From: an uncultured Candidatus Saccharibacteria bacterium
GTDB lineage: Bacteria > Patescibacteriota > Dojkabacteria > GCA-002793355
Length of the DNA: 64,000 nucleotides
Assembly: GCA_964525295.1 (NCBI GenBank)
Contig: CAZGEO010000001.1
Location: 312,662-376,661 of the forward strand
Reading direction: 5' to 3'
In this document: piece after piece, positions 35,871-44,450 of the stretch
Layout: each line of letters opens with the position of its first letter
Numbering within the stretch: position 1 is the first letter of the stretch
Translations under genes and position numbers: made by a program
The notes under the pieces: model-generated
The model's input: only the letters and a program-made list of their open reading frames with translations
Databases searched by the model: none
What the model was told of the DNA's origin: nothing

Positions 35871-36458
35871 TTGAAAGCTTTTGATATACGTATATACTTA
35901 CTTATGACCATTTTTTACACAGTACCATTTCGTGGTAAAGAAAAATATCAAAAAGAATATGACGCAATTCTGTCACTTTTAGAAAGAACCGGAGCGACAG
36001 TTATTTCTCCTGAAAAAGGGAACTATTTAAATAGCATCTCCCCTAACGAGCCCGTGAGTAAAGATACACCAAAACATATTCATTATGAAGCAATCAAGCG
36101 TGGAATTCTTGCAGCAGATGCCGTCGTTTTTGAAATTTCCCATGAATCATTTCAAATTGGTCATGAAATGACGCTCGCAATTCAAGCAAAAAAACATGTT
36201 TTATGCTTGTCGCTATTTGAAAATTTTGAACGTAAAATCTACTCGAAATTTTTCCATGGAGCGAGATACTCTCTTGGTACAGTAGAACAAGAAATTGAAC
36301 GTTTTCTGCATATTTGTGCTCAAGAAAAACTTCCTAATCGCTTTAACTTTTTTCTCTCAAATTCTCATTTACAATTTTTAGAAAAGCAAGCGGAACTATA
36401 CGATATGAGCATCTCCGAGTATATACGACAATTGATAGACAAAGACAAAACCTCATAG
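35871..36458 (+). CDS. Hypothetical protein. The N-terminal domain is nucleoside 2-deoxyribosyltransferase-like and the C-terminal tail is ribbon-helix-helix-like.
   Basis: AADAVVFEISHESFQIGHEMTLAIQAKKHV resembles the NDT-fold catalytic Glu region (DSGTAFEIGYAYALGKPV). The C-terminal MSISEYIRQLIDKDK resembles RHH/CopG-type segments. Confidence 0.4.
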   Translation: MKAFDIRIYLLMTIFYTVPFRGKEKYQKEYDAILSLLERTGATVISPEKGNYLNSISPNEPVSKDTPKHIHYEAIKRGILAADAVVFEISHESFQIGHEMTLAIQAKKHVLCLSLFENFERKIYSKFFHGARYSLGTVEQEIERFLHICAQEKLPNRFNFFLSNSHLQFLEKQAELYDMSISEYIRQLIDKDKTS

Positions 36459-36524
36459 ACATCCCCGGCCTTACGGACGTGTTACTCGCGCTTGTCGCAA
36501 TAAATCGCACCAAGAAAGCAAAAG

Positions 36525-37433
36525 TTACTGAATCACAGCTACGACAAAAGGATACAACAATACCATAAAGAAGGTGTTTACAATCGCCCATTGTGCAGTA
36601 AACTCTTTATCCAATTTGTACTGCTCTGCATACATAACTGGGAATAGCCCTACGGGAGCACTAATCGACATTATAATGGCTTGTTTTGTAATAAGAGGCA
36701 GTGGTAATTGCATGAGTACGATACTGAGAATAATCCATATTGCAATTTTTATAATTGTCATAGAAGCGACATTTTTCAACTGCTCTCTTGTCGGAATGGT
36801 AACAACAAAACCAAGAATTACCGCAGACAAAAAAGAAAATCCTGAACCGGCAAAAGTGAATATTTTCATAACTTCTGAAGGTAATTGAATTCCAAACAAA
36901 CTAACCCCGATACCAAGATATACTGACCAAAGAATAGGATCAGTGAGCAATAATTTTCCTACCGATTTTGCGTCTACACGACCTACTGCAAAAATTGGCG
37001 CTGCAAGCATGAATAGTATTACCAAAGTCAAATCTATCACTACTACTTGTGCAAAAACTTCAGAAGCAAACGCGCTTTGAATTATCGGATAGGCGACTGT
37101 TCCGATTGCAAATGAAACTCCTCCGACTAGTGCAGCACGTTGAGTTTTTGAATCATTACCAGCGAATTTCTTAAAAAAGCTGAAAATTATCACGAAAAAT
37201 ACAAAGAAAATTACGGCGTAGCCCAATAATGCCAAAGTACCAAAATCAATTGTTGTTTGTGCAAGTATCGAAAATATTAGCGCAGGAGCGACAATTTTGA
37301 ACAATATCGGTGTTAAATAAACTGAAGAATCATTAGAAAGAATCTTCTTTGCCTTGAGTATTGCGACCAGAAAAGCGAGCAAATATACAGGGAGTAATGC
37401 CAACATAATTTCCATAAGTGAATTATCTTGCAA
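36525..37433 (-). CDS. AEC-family (auxin-efflux-carrier-like) membrane transporter.
   Basis: 302 aa with about 10 TM helices arranged as two 5-TM repeats. The start MEIMLALLPVYLLAFLVAIL is family-typical. Confidence 0.5.
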   Translation of the reverse strand: MQDNSLMEIMLALLPVYLLAFLVAILKAKKILSNDSSVYLTPILFKIVAPALIFSILAQTTIDFGTLALLGYAVIFFVFFVIIFSFFKKFAGNDSKTQRAALVGGVSFAIGTVAYPIIQSAFASEVFAQVVVIDLTLVILFMLAAPIFAVGRVDAKSVGKLLLTDPILWSVYLGIGVSLFGIQLPSEVMKIFTFAGSGFSFLSAVILGFVVTIPTREQLKNVASMTIIKIAIWIILSIVLMQLPLPLITKQAIIMSISAPVGLFPVMYAEQYKLDKEFTAQWAIVNTFFMVLLYPFVVAVIQ

Positions 37434-37451
37434 ATCAAGAAATTTAGCAAC

Positions 37452-37485
37452 AAAAAAGGGCGCTCAGGCTTTCGCCTTCGCGCCC
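37452..37485 (-). terminator. Rho-independent terminator downstream of the S1 gene.
   Basis: Minus-strand RNA is GGGCGCGAAGGCGAAAGCCUGAGCGCCC followed by UUUUUUGUUGCU. The plus-strand side is preceded by an A6 tract. Confidence 0.65.
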
Positions 37486-37509
37486 TTTCTTACTAGAGTT
37501 CCTTAAGCT

Positions 37510-38673
37510 CTATTTTGTTTTTACTCTTTTCAAACTCAAGCTCAAGTGTCGTTCTGTCTCAGAAATTGAGAGAATTACAACTTTAACTTCTTGCCCTGGC
37601 GAGACAATGTCTGCAGGATTTCGAACGAGTTTGTCTGAAAGTTCAGAAATGTGAATAAGACCGTTAATACCGTCATCAATGCGTACGAATGCACCGTATT
37701 CAACGACACCTTCAATAACGCCTTCGACGATTTCACCAATCTTGTATTTACGAATTCTGTTCTTCCAAGGATCATCAATCAATCGCTTGATTGAGTAAGC
37801 GATACGACGACCGCCTTCCTTGATTTCAAGAACCATAACCTTCACATCATCACCGACGTTGTACAACTTACCAACATCAGTAACTTTGTCCCAAGACAAT
37901 TCTGAAAGGTGGACCAATCCTTCAAGACCTGAAGTATTAACGAAAATACCGTATGGTGTGATCGCAGTGACCTTACCATCTAATATATCGCCTTCTTTGA
38001 TCTTTTTGAGAAGTTTCTCTTTTGCTGCCATATCGGAACCAAAAGTAACTTGCTTCTCTGAAAGAATGATTCTACTTCTCTCGCGATCAAGTTCAATAAT
38101 CTTGACCTTGATTTGCTCACTCAAGAGTTGTGTTAAGCGTTGCTGAACGACCGAGGTAACATCCTTGCCGTACATTTTGCGACCGCTTTCGAAAATTCTT
38201 GCTGGATCAAGCTGAGAAGTTGGAATAAATCCGCGAATACCTTCATGAAGTTCACAGATTACCCCACCCGTATTAACCTCGACAACAACTGCATCGATGA
38301 CATCACCGCTACGAGCTGCCTTTTCAAGATCAAACCAGATACGAACATCTTCTGTTCGTTTGAGTGAAAGTACTAAACTTCCATCTCTACTTTCTGGGTA
38401 AACAACATAGACGAGAATTGGATCGCCGATTTTGATGCCTTCGACATCAACAACCTTACTTTTCAATTCACGACCAGAAATTAACCCTTCACTACGACCA
38501 CCGACATCGACAACGAGTGAACTCGCATCTTTGCTGATTACCGTACCTTCGACGATATCGCCCGTTTTAAGTTGTTTATACGAACGAACTACGCCTGCAA
38601 TTTGCTCATCAAATTTTGCCGAAACAGGAAGCTGAGCTGACTTGTCTGCAACGGATTTCTTTGTACTTGACAT
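37510..38673 (-). CDS. rpsA: Ribosomal protein S1-like, with four S1 domains.
   Basis: Repeated S1-domain motifs, for example GDIVEGTVISKDASSLVVDVGGRSEGLISGRE, GDVIDAVVVEVNTGGVICEL and GEIVEGVIEGVVEYGAFVRI. I chose the start at 38673 because a canonical SD (AAGGAGA) lies 8 nt upstream. An extended -10 TGATATAAT lies at 38708-38716. Confidence 0.75.
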   Translation of the reverse strand: MSSTKKSVADKSAQLPVSAKFDEQIAGVVRSYKQLKTGDIVEGTVISKDASSLVVDVGGRSEGLISGRELKSKVVDVEGIKIGDPILVYVVYPESRDGSLVLSLKRTEDVRIWFDLEKAARSGDVIDAVVVEVNTGGVICELHEGIRGFIPTSQLDPARIFESGRKMYGKDVTSVVQQRLTQLLSEQIKVKIIELDRERSRIILSEKQVTFGSDMAAKEKLLKKIKEGDILDGKVTAITPYGIFVNTSGLEGLVHLSELSWDKVTDVGKLYNVGDDVKVMVLEIKEGGRRIAYSIKRLIDDPWKNRIRKYKIGEIVEGVIEGVVEYGAFVRIDDGINGLIHISELSDKLVRNPADIVSPGQEVKVVILSISETERHLSLSLKRVKTK

Positions 38674-38768
38674 AAGAAAATTCTCCTTGTGTGTTTTTGT
38701 TTCTGGAATTATATCATAGGCGCGTGAAACATAAAAGATTACAGGACAGCCCAAATGACTATAGTTTT

Positions 38769-40166
38769 CTACTCTCTAATTGGCACACTACCTTGAGGAG
38801 TATCGATTATTCGGATTCCTTGACGTGTCAAGAGTTCACGAATTTCGTCTGCTCGGGCAAAATTCTTCTCTTTCTTTGCCTCGTTGCGCTCAGTTATAAG
38901 GTCATAAATTTCTTGTGAAAACTTTTCAGTTTCTAACAATTTCAGACCGAGCACTTGATCAAACTTTTCGATAAGAACGAGTTTACTTTTTGGTGCAATC
39001 TCTTTATCTTTCAATGCCTCCCACAGAATTGACAATGCGCCCGGAACATTCAAATCATTCGCTAAATGTTCGGCGAATTTCTCTTCATACTTCAGTACGT
39101 CACTCTCAGCATCTGTTGCTAACGATCTCAATTTCTCGACTTCTTCCTTAATCGATTTTCTAGCACTTCTTGCTGCTTCCATGGCCTCCCAGGTAAAATT
39201 CTGCGGATAACGATAATGTGCCTGCAAATAGAAATATCGTAAATCAAGTGGATCAAAACCTCGCTCAACTATGTCTCTTAAGATGTAGAATGTTCCAGCA
39301 CTTTTCGCCATTTTTTTACCATCAACTTTGAGGAATTCGCCATGCAACCAATACCGTGCAAATGGCTTCCCAGTTGCAGCTTCCGATTGAGCAATTTCGT
39401 TTGTATGATGGACTGGAATGTGATCTACGCCGCCCGTATGAATATCTATCGTCTCACCAAGATATTTCATTGCCATAGCAGAACATTCGATATGCCAACC
39501 AGGAAATCCTTTTCCCCAAGGGGATTCCCATTGAAGAATAGCTTCTTGATCAAGTTGCCACAGTCTGAAGTCGGCTGGATTTCTTTTTTCTTCATCAATT
39601 ACTACCTCATCGCGAACACCTACCTGATTCTCATCAAGTTTTTGACGTGAAAGTTTTGTATAGTCAGGAAATTTTGAGACATCAAAATATACCGCAGCTT
39701 TTGTAACATAGGCATATCCAGAATCTACCAATCTTGCGATCAAATCGATCATTGTCTGAATATCATGCGATGCTGGGGTAATTTTCCAAGGTCGCTCAAT
39801 ATTAAGTGAATCTGAATCTTGCAAGAAAAGTTCCGTATAAAGGTCTGCAATTTGCTGAGCAGTCATCTCACGACCTTTTTCACGTTCGCGCTTAACCGCT
39901 TTTGCCATCTTATCTTCACCGAGATCTGCGTCAGAGGTCATTTGCCCTACGTCTGTTGTATTCATAACTCGGTGTACGTCGTAACCAAAGTATTTTAGCG
40001 TTCTAGTCAACAAATCCCATTCGATGTAAATTTTTAAATTCCCAATATGCGCATCGTAATAAACCGTTGGACCGCAGGTATAAAGAGATACTAGTGGAGG
40101 ATTAAGTGGAACAAACTCATCAAGTTTTCGAGTAAGTGTATTATAGAAATGTAATTTTGCTTTCAT
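38769..40166 (-). CDS. cysS: Cysteine--tRNA ligase.
   Basis: Class I HIGH motif region (DAHIGN), the KMSKS-like KMAKS, and zinc-binding Cys residues. The N-terminus [14 protein letters not shown] matches the CysRS consensus start. The track start TTG at 40181 is less likely. Confidence 0.85.
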   Translation of the reverse strand: MKAKLHFYNTLTRKLDEFVPLNPPLVSLYTCGPTVYYDAHIGNLKIYIEWDLLTRTLKYFGYDVHRVMNTTDVGQMTSDADLGEDKMAKAVKREREKGREMTAQQIADLYTELFLQDSDSLNIERPWKITPASHDIQTMIDLIARLVDSGYAYVTKAAVYFDVSKFPDYTKLSRQKLDENQVGVRDEVVIDEEKRNPADFRLWQLDQEAILQWESPWGKGFPGWHIECSAMAMKYLGETIDIHTGGVDHIPVHHTNEIAQSEAATGKPFARYWLHGEFLKVDGKKMAKSAGTFYILRDIVERGFDPLDLRYFYLQAHYRYPQNFTWEAMEAARSARKSIKEEVEKLRSLATDAESDVLKYEEKFAEHLANDLNVPGALSILWEALKDKEIAPKSKLVLIEKFDQVLGLKLLETEKFSQEIYDLITERNEAKKEKNFARADEIRELLTRQGIRIIDTPQGSVPIRE

Positions 40167-40225
40167 TATCGTAATTATCAAACATTATTTAGTAATTTTC
40201 AATGGTAAAATGGAAGAAAAGTTCT

Positions 40226-40726
40226 TTACAACTTTGTAAAGATAACTTTTTTTGATTCCTTGGTGATTCGACAGGATGGTTTGACTTCACGCAAAAGTTT
40301 TTCACTGTATTCCTTTTGAATACCTAATAATTTGCATGTTGTCTCGCCGCTTACCTCTACGCGGTAATTAAAACGAAATATTTTCCTATTTTTTTTATCT
40401 ACAAACACTGTTAACCCTGTATTGGGTTTATATGTTTTAATTACGTCCCTAACGTCAAATTCGACAATTTCTAGTCTGCTATCTATTGCTAATACTGTCT
40501 GCATATACTCGTCGGAAGGTACCCAGACGAATGCGAAATCTGTGTGTTCAGGGATTGTTACCCCATTTTCGAAGATGCCAGGGGCTGGTGGCGTAACACG
40601 TTTCGGAACTTGAATTACTGCAATTATGCCCAGCCCGCGTAAATAACAAAGTTTTTTCTCTTTCAAAACTTTAAGCAAAAAATCATCACGTTCAAGAGGT
40701 AATTTGATTTTTTGCTCGTCGTTCAT
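40226..40726 (-). CDS. Hypothetical protein.
   Basis: 166-aa ORF co-directional with the cysS operon. No motif recognised. Confidence 0.45.
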   Translation of the reverse strand: MNDEQKIKLPLERDDFLLKVLKEKKLCYLRGLGIIAVIQVPKRVTPPAPGIFENGVTIPEHTDFAFVWVPSDEYMQTVLAIDSRLEIVEFDVRDVIKTYKPNTGLTVFVDKKNRKIFRFNYRVEVSGETTCKLLGIQKEYSEKLLREVKPSCRITKESKKVIFTKL

Positions 40727-40770
40727 GTATTTTTTTTGAGAAAAACTACTAGATAAACCAAATTATACAC

Positions 40771-41316
40771 CTATAAACTTACGAGTAATAGCCAAAAACG
40801 CATAAATAAATCGACAATTGGCGATAAGATTGAACTGATTCCTAAGAGCAACAGTAAACTTGACCGATCCTCTTTACGTTTACTCGCATTAAGCAAGAAA
40901 TAGCTCATACCCACATATAGTAACAAAACAACAATTTTGACAACAAAACTTGCATGTAACAAGAAAGTGTAATCTTTATTATTTGCGAATAGTATTATTT
41001 CATACAAGGCAGTGACGCTATTTGCAACCGCATTAGCTGTAAAAACGTTAACAAAAATTGCAACAAAATTCCTTATTGCGACAAAGGTTGAATTTGAAGC
41101 GAATTTTCGACTAATTGCGCCATACAAAAAATATAGAATAATTAAAATTACTGAAACTGAAATGTGAACAATAGTAACCAAAACAAGTGAAAACTGGTCA
41201 AAGAAAAATGGAAAAAAAGGAATGAAACCTGAGAAGAAACCATCAATTAACCTCCAAAGCAACAAAGGAATTACTACCAATGGTGCGAAAATAATTATCT
41301 TGTTACTGATGTTCAT
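40771..41316 (-). CDS. Hypothetical small polytopic membrane protein.
   Basis: 181 aa with about 5 hydrophobic helices. Confidence 0.45.
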   Translation of the reverse strand: MNISNKIIIFAPLVVIPLLLWRLIDGFFSGFIPFFPFFFDQFSLVLVTIVHISVSVILIILYFLYGAISRKFASNSTFVAIRNFVAIFVNVFTANAVANSVTALYEIILFANNKDYTFLLHASFVVKIVVLLLYVGMSYFLLNASKRKEDRSSLLLLLGISSILSPIVDLFMRFWLLLVSL

Positions 41317-41321
41317 ACAGT

Positions 41322-42176
41322 TTACGGTGTTACCGTTGGTGTTGCCACTCCGAGATCGATGTAACCCGCAGTATTTGTACCACTTTTCAAGAACAATGCT
41401 CCTAATTGTGAACCATCTGTGGTGGGTGCGATAGCTTCAAAAGTTGCAGCTTTGTCAATTCCTGTAAAGGTTTTCGTCCATTGAGTAGTGCTTGATTTCA
41501 CATACATTGCAGATGGCTCGTATTTTGCCGATAAACTTTGCATCGCAATATAAAAGCCGCTCGCAGTATCATTGCTAGAAGGCACAGCAAATTGCGTAAA
41601 TTCATATTTGCTTGTGTAGTATTTGAAAAGATTTGCTTTGGCTCCTGATGGGATATACATACGAATCAATTTCGTTTCTGTTGTAGTTGCATCTCGCTTA
41701 ACCACAACATAAATATAATTGCCAATTACAGCAAAAGATCCGATTTCGCCTGCGGTATCACTTGTGTAAACTGCTTGTGCACTCGAATCTGTTTTTGATG
41801 AACCTTTTTTGATAACTTTTTTATCAGTTGTGTCAATAAAATATACCTGAGAACCAACTGTTTGCTCTGATTTCCCGTAAACCCAGCTGGTACTCAATTT
41901 TCCTAATAGCGTTGAACTTACCGAATTGGTAACAGTTGGTGTTGGAGTTGCAGTTACTGTTGTAGTTGGCGTTATTGTTGGGGTAGCGGTAGTTGTTACC
42001 GTTGGTGTTGCCGTTGCCGTGACAGAAAAAGGATCTGTTACGGTTGGCGTTGCCGTTGCGGTAATCGTTGGCGTTGGGGTCGGCGTAAGTGTTCCTGAAG
42101 GGGCCTTCCATGAAACTATAATGAAGGTTGCCGCTGCAATCAAAACTATAATTACAATTAATGCTTTATTGCTCAT
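41322..42176 (-). CDS. Secreted or anchored protein with a long Thr/Pro-rich repeat linker.
   Basis: N-terminal signal anchor (LIVIIVLIAAATFIIVS), then a PTPTPTITATATPTVT... low-complexity linker of about 70 aa, then a C-terminal domain rich in Tyr/Ser/Thr. Confidence 0.55.
   Translation of the reverse strand: MSNKALIVIIVLIAAATFIIVSWKAPSGTLTPTPTPTITATATPTVTDPFSVTATATPTVTTTATPTITPTTTVTATPTPTVTNSVSSTLLGKLSTSWVYGKSEQTVGSQVYFIDTTDKKVIKKGSSKTDSSAQAVYTSDTAGEIGSFAVIGNYIYVVVKRDATTTETKLIRMYIPSGAKANLFKYYTSKYEFTQFAVPSSNDTASGFYIAMQSLSAKYEPSAMYVKSSTTQWTKTFTGIDKAATFEAIAPTTDGSQLGALFLKSGTNTAGYIDLGVATPTVTP
41930..42110. repeat. Degenerate tandem GTTGSY codon-level repeat that encodes the Thr/Pro/Ala/Val linker.
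   Basis: Read directly: GTTGGCGTTGCCGTTGCG... periodicity. The antisense ORF 41926-42183 in the track is an artefact of this repeat. Confidence 0.5.
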
Positions 42177-42244
42177 GATTTAGTATACACTTTTACTATG
42201 TTTGCAACAATAGCGTCAAAAGATATGATTTAACAAGATTTTCT

Positions 42245-42661
42245 CTACTGAGCTCGCGACATATTCTCTACCGAAAGTTTTACCGTTGCCTGTTCACTTG
42301 CTGTGAAATTGCCTTGATAATTGTAATCGGTAATCATTTGAACGCACATAACCGAAGGTGACGGCGGTTCTACGGTAACTTTAATCGTAACTTGTTCAGG
42401 ATAACTTTCAGCAACCAAAGTCTCTACCTGTACTTGTGTACAAGGGTCAGGTAATTGAGAAGTAATAACATACTCCCAAGAAGAGTTACCTAAATATTTT
42501 GCAACCAGATCAAAGCCTTCAACTGAATCTTTTCGAATACTGGTAGTCGTCTGAGGTTGTGCTTTTTGGGATGCTGCATTATTTAGATAATTAACAAGAA
42601 TTATGCTACCAACTAGGAGTGCTCCAATTACCGCAACAATTAATGTTTTTTTCTTATCCAT
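42245..42661 (-). CDS. Hypothetical secreted or anchored small protein.
   Basis: 138 aa with an N-terminal TM/signal anchor (TLIVAVIGALLVGSIIL). Confidence 0.45.
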   Translation of the reverse strand: MDKKKTLIVAVIGALLVGSIILVNYLNNAASQKAQPQTTTSIRKDSVEGFDLVAKYLGNSSWEYVITSQLPDPCTQVQVETLVAESYPEQVTIKVTVEPPSPSVMCVQMITDYNYQGNFTASEQATVKLSVENMSRAQ

Positions 42662-42700
42662 TCACAATTTTAACACAAAAGCTTTTTCCTGTTTACTTTC

Positions 42701-43228
42701 ATGAATTCTGCCCTTATAATACGCATTATGAACTCGGATATACAAAAAAAATTAGAGACTTTTGTCTCACAGATTGTTAAAGATCTTGGATTTACTCCAG
42801 AATCAATTACTGTAACTGGCGAGGAAACAGCCGAAAAAACTGACATTCAAGTCATCGTCAAAGGTACTGATCTTGAATTGCTCATTGGTTATCATGGCAA
42901 GAATTTACAAGCTCTCCATCACCTAACTGTCGCTACACTCAAGAGAATGTTCCCTCCAGAAACCAGAGTGTCATTATTCTTAGATGTTGGTGATTATTTC
43001 GAGAAACAGAATGATAAAATTCGTCAGCAGGTTACTCAGGCAGTTGAAGAAGTTAAACTCCTTGATGAAGCATACGAGTTTCCACCAATGCCACCTCGTT
43101 TGCGTAGGGTTGTACACTTAGAAGCGGAAAAGCATACCGACGTGAAAACCGAAAGTAAAGGTGAAGGTATGAATCGCCGAGTAGTTATTTACCCAAAAAA
43201 TGCACTCGAAACTACACCAACTGCGTAA
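42701..43228 (+). CDS. Jag/KhpB-like RNA-binding protein with a KH domain and an R3H domain.
   Basis: IGYHGKNLQALHHL is a KH-like GxxG region. The C-terminal RRVVHLEAEKHTDVKTESKGEGMNRRVVIYPK is R3H-like. Confidence 0.55.
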   Translation: MNSALIIRIMNSDIQKKLETFVSQIVKDLGFTPESITVTGEETAEKTDIQVIVKGTDLELLIGYHGKNLQALHHLTVATLKRMFPPETRVSLFLDVGDYFEKQNDKIRQQVTQAVEEVKLLDEAYEFPPMPPRLRRVVHLEAEKHTDVKTESKGEGMNRRVVIYPKNALETTPTA

Positions 43229-44450
43229 TTTCGTACTAACCAATACTCTTTTTACAATTAGCCTCGCATTTGTTTTTTTATTACCATTTTTCGCAGGCAA
43301 AATTATTAGCGACTCGCAAGCATACATCTTTGGGCAATATATCAATTATCTACAAATTCGCATTACCTTGCATTTCTTGCTTGCGTTACTAACGATATTC
43401 GTTGCCTACAAAGAGAAACTATCAATTATTAAAGATTTACGACCACTTTCGATTATATTTCTTATAATAATTATTGTTGCAAGCATTCATGGTGCAAGAA
43501 TTGGGCAAACAACAGGACAAGAATTACTTTACGCAATTACTGGATTAAGCAATGCATTCATATGGGGTGTCACTTTCATTGGATTTATTATCGCGCTACA
43601 TACACTGTTAAGCGACACGCAACGACATTTGGCGATTGCGGCAGCAATCGCCATTATTGCGACATTTCAAACAATGTTGGGGGCATTACAATCATTTTTT
43701 GCTTCACCAATTTTTCCGAGTATTCTATCTAAACTTGGTCAACCTCTTGAGTTCACTAGTTTTTCTTACATCGGAACGACAATATTTTCACGTGCTTACG
43801 GAACAACGCCACATCCAAATTTTCTCGGAGCAATATTCGTACTTTTATTCATACTTTTGCTAGGGTTGCAGATCGACAAGTACAAAAAGCTGGCAATCTC
43901 TATCGTTTTATTTATTGGAACAATACTGACACTTTCAAAAATTTCTGTATTCGCAATTTTTATAACTCTCCTACTCTATATATCTCGCAATGTATTGGCC
44001 AAAGTTAATATAAAAATTGCATTTATCGCAATATTTTCGCTTGCTACGTTAGTAGCAACTATATTCATCACGCCAAATTTTTCGAGCTCCGATGAATCAT
44101 TTTTAGCATCAAGAGGCATCATTACGACCATTTACTTGAAGTTACTAGAATTGCGCCCAGAATTACTACTCATGGGAACAGGTTTCAAATTCAGTATTCC
44201 GACCTTTTTGGCAAATGCCTCACAACTAGAAACAACAATAATCTATATAAACAGGATATTAGCGGAACCTCCACACAATGTACTTCTTTTGCTAGTTGTT
44301 GAGTTTGGCATTCCACTGACAATACTTTTATTAGCAGCTTTGTACTTTTTTGTTCAGAAAAATTTCAATTTTTTACCGCAATGGCAGAAAATGGCACTAC
44401 TTTCTATTATCACAATATTTGGAGCTTTCGATCACCTACTTATCTACTGA
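43200..44450 (+). CDS. Polytopic membrane protein, possibly O-antigen ligase / Wzy_C-like.
   Basis: 416 aa with about 10-12 TM helices and a larger loop. The start overlaps the preceding gene by 29 bp, so the true start may be downstream. Confidence 0.4.
   Translation: MHSKLHQLRNFVLTNTLFTISLAFVFLLPFFAGKIISDSQAYIFGQYINYLQIRITLHFLLALLTIFVAYKEKLSIIKDLRPLSIIFLIIIIVASIHGARIGQTTGQELLYAITGLSNAFIWGVTFIGFIIALHTLLSDTQRHLAIAAAIAIIATFQTMLGALQSFFASPIFPSILSKLGQPLEFTSFSYIGTTIFSRAYGTTPHPNFLGAIFVLLFILLLGLQIDKYKKLAISIVLFIGTILTLSKISVFAIFITLLLYISRNVLAKVNIKIAFIAIFSLATLVATIFITPNFSSSDESFLASRGIITTIYLKLLELRPELLLMGTGFKFSIPTFLANASQLETTIIYINRILAEPPHNVLLLLVVEFGIPLTILLLAALYFFVQKNFNFLPQWQKMALLSIITIFGAFDHLLIY

Noticed and set aside
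41926-42183. Plus-strand 85-aa ORF, MVTVGVGVAVTV...
   Set aside because: It is the antisense reading of the Thr/Pro codon repeat of the 41322-42176 gene. Low-complexity (GV)n output is the expected artefact.
42245-42661. Possible type IV pilin (N-terminal hydrophobic segment).
   Set aside because: There is no prepilin-peptidase motif (G/FTLIE) at the N-terminus. It is a generic signal anchor.
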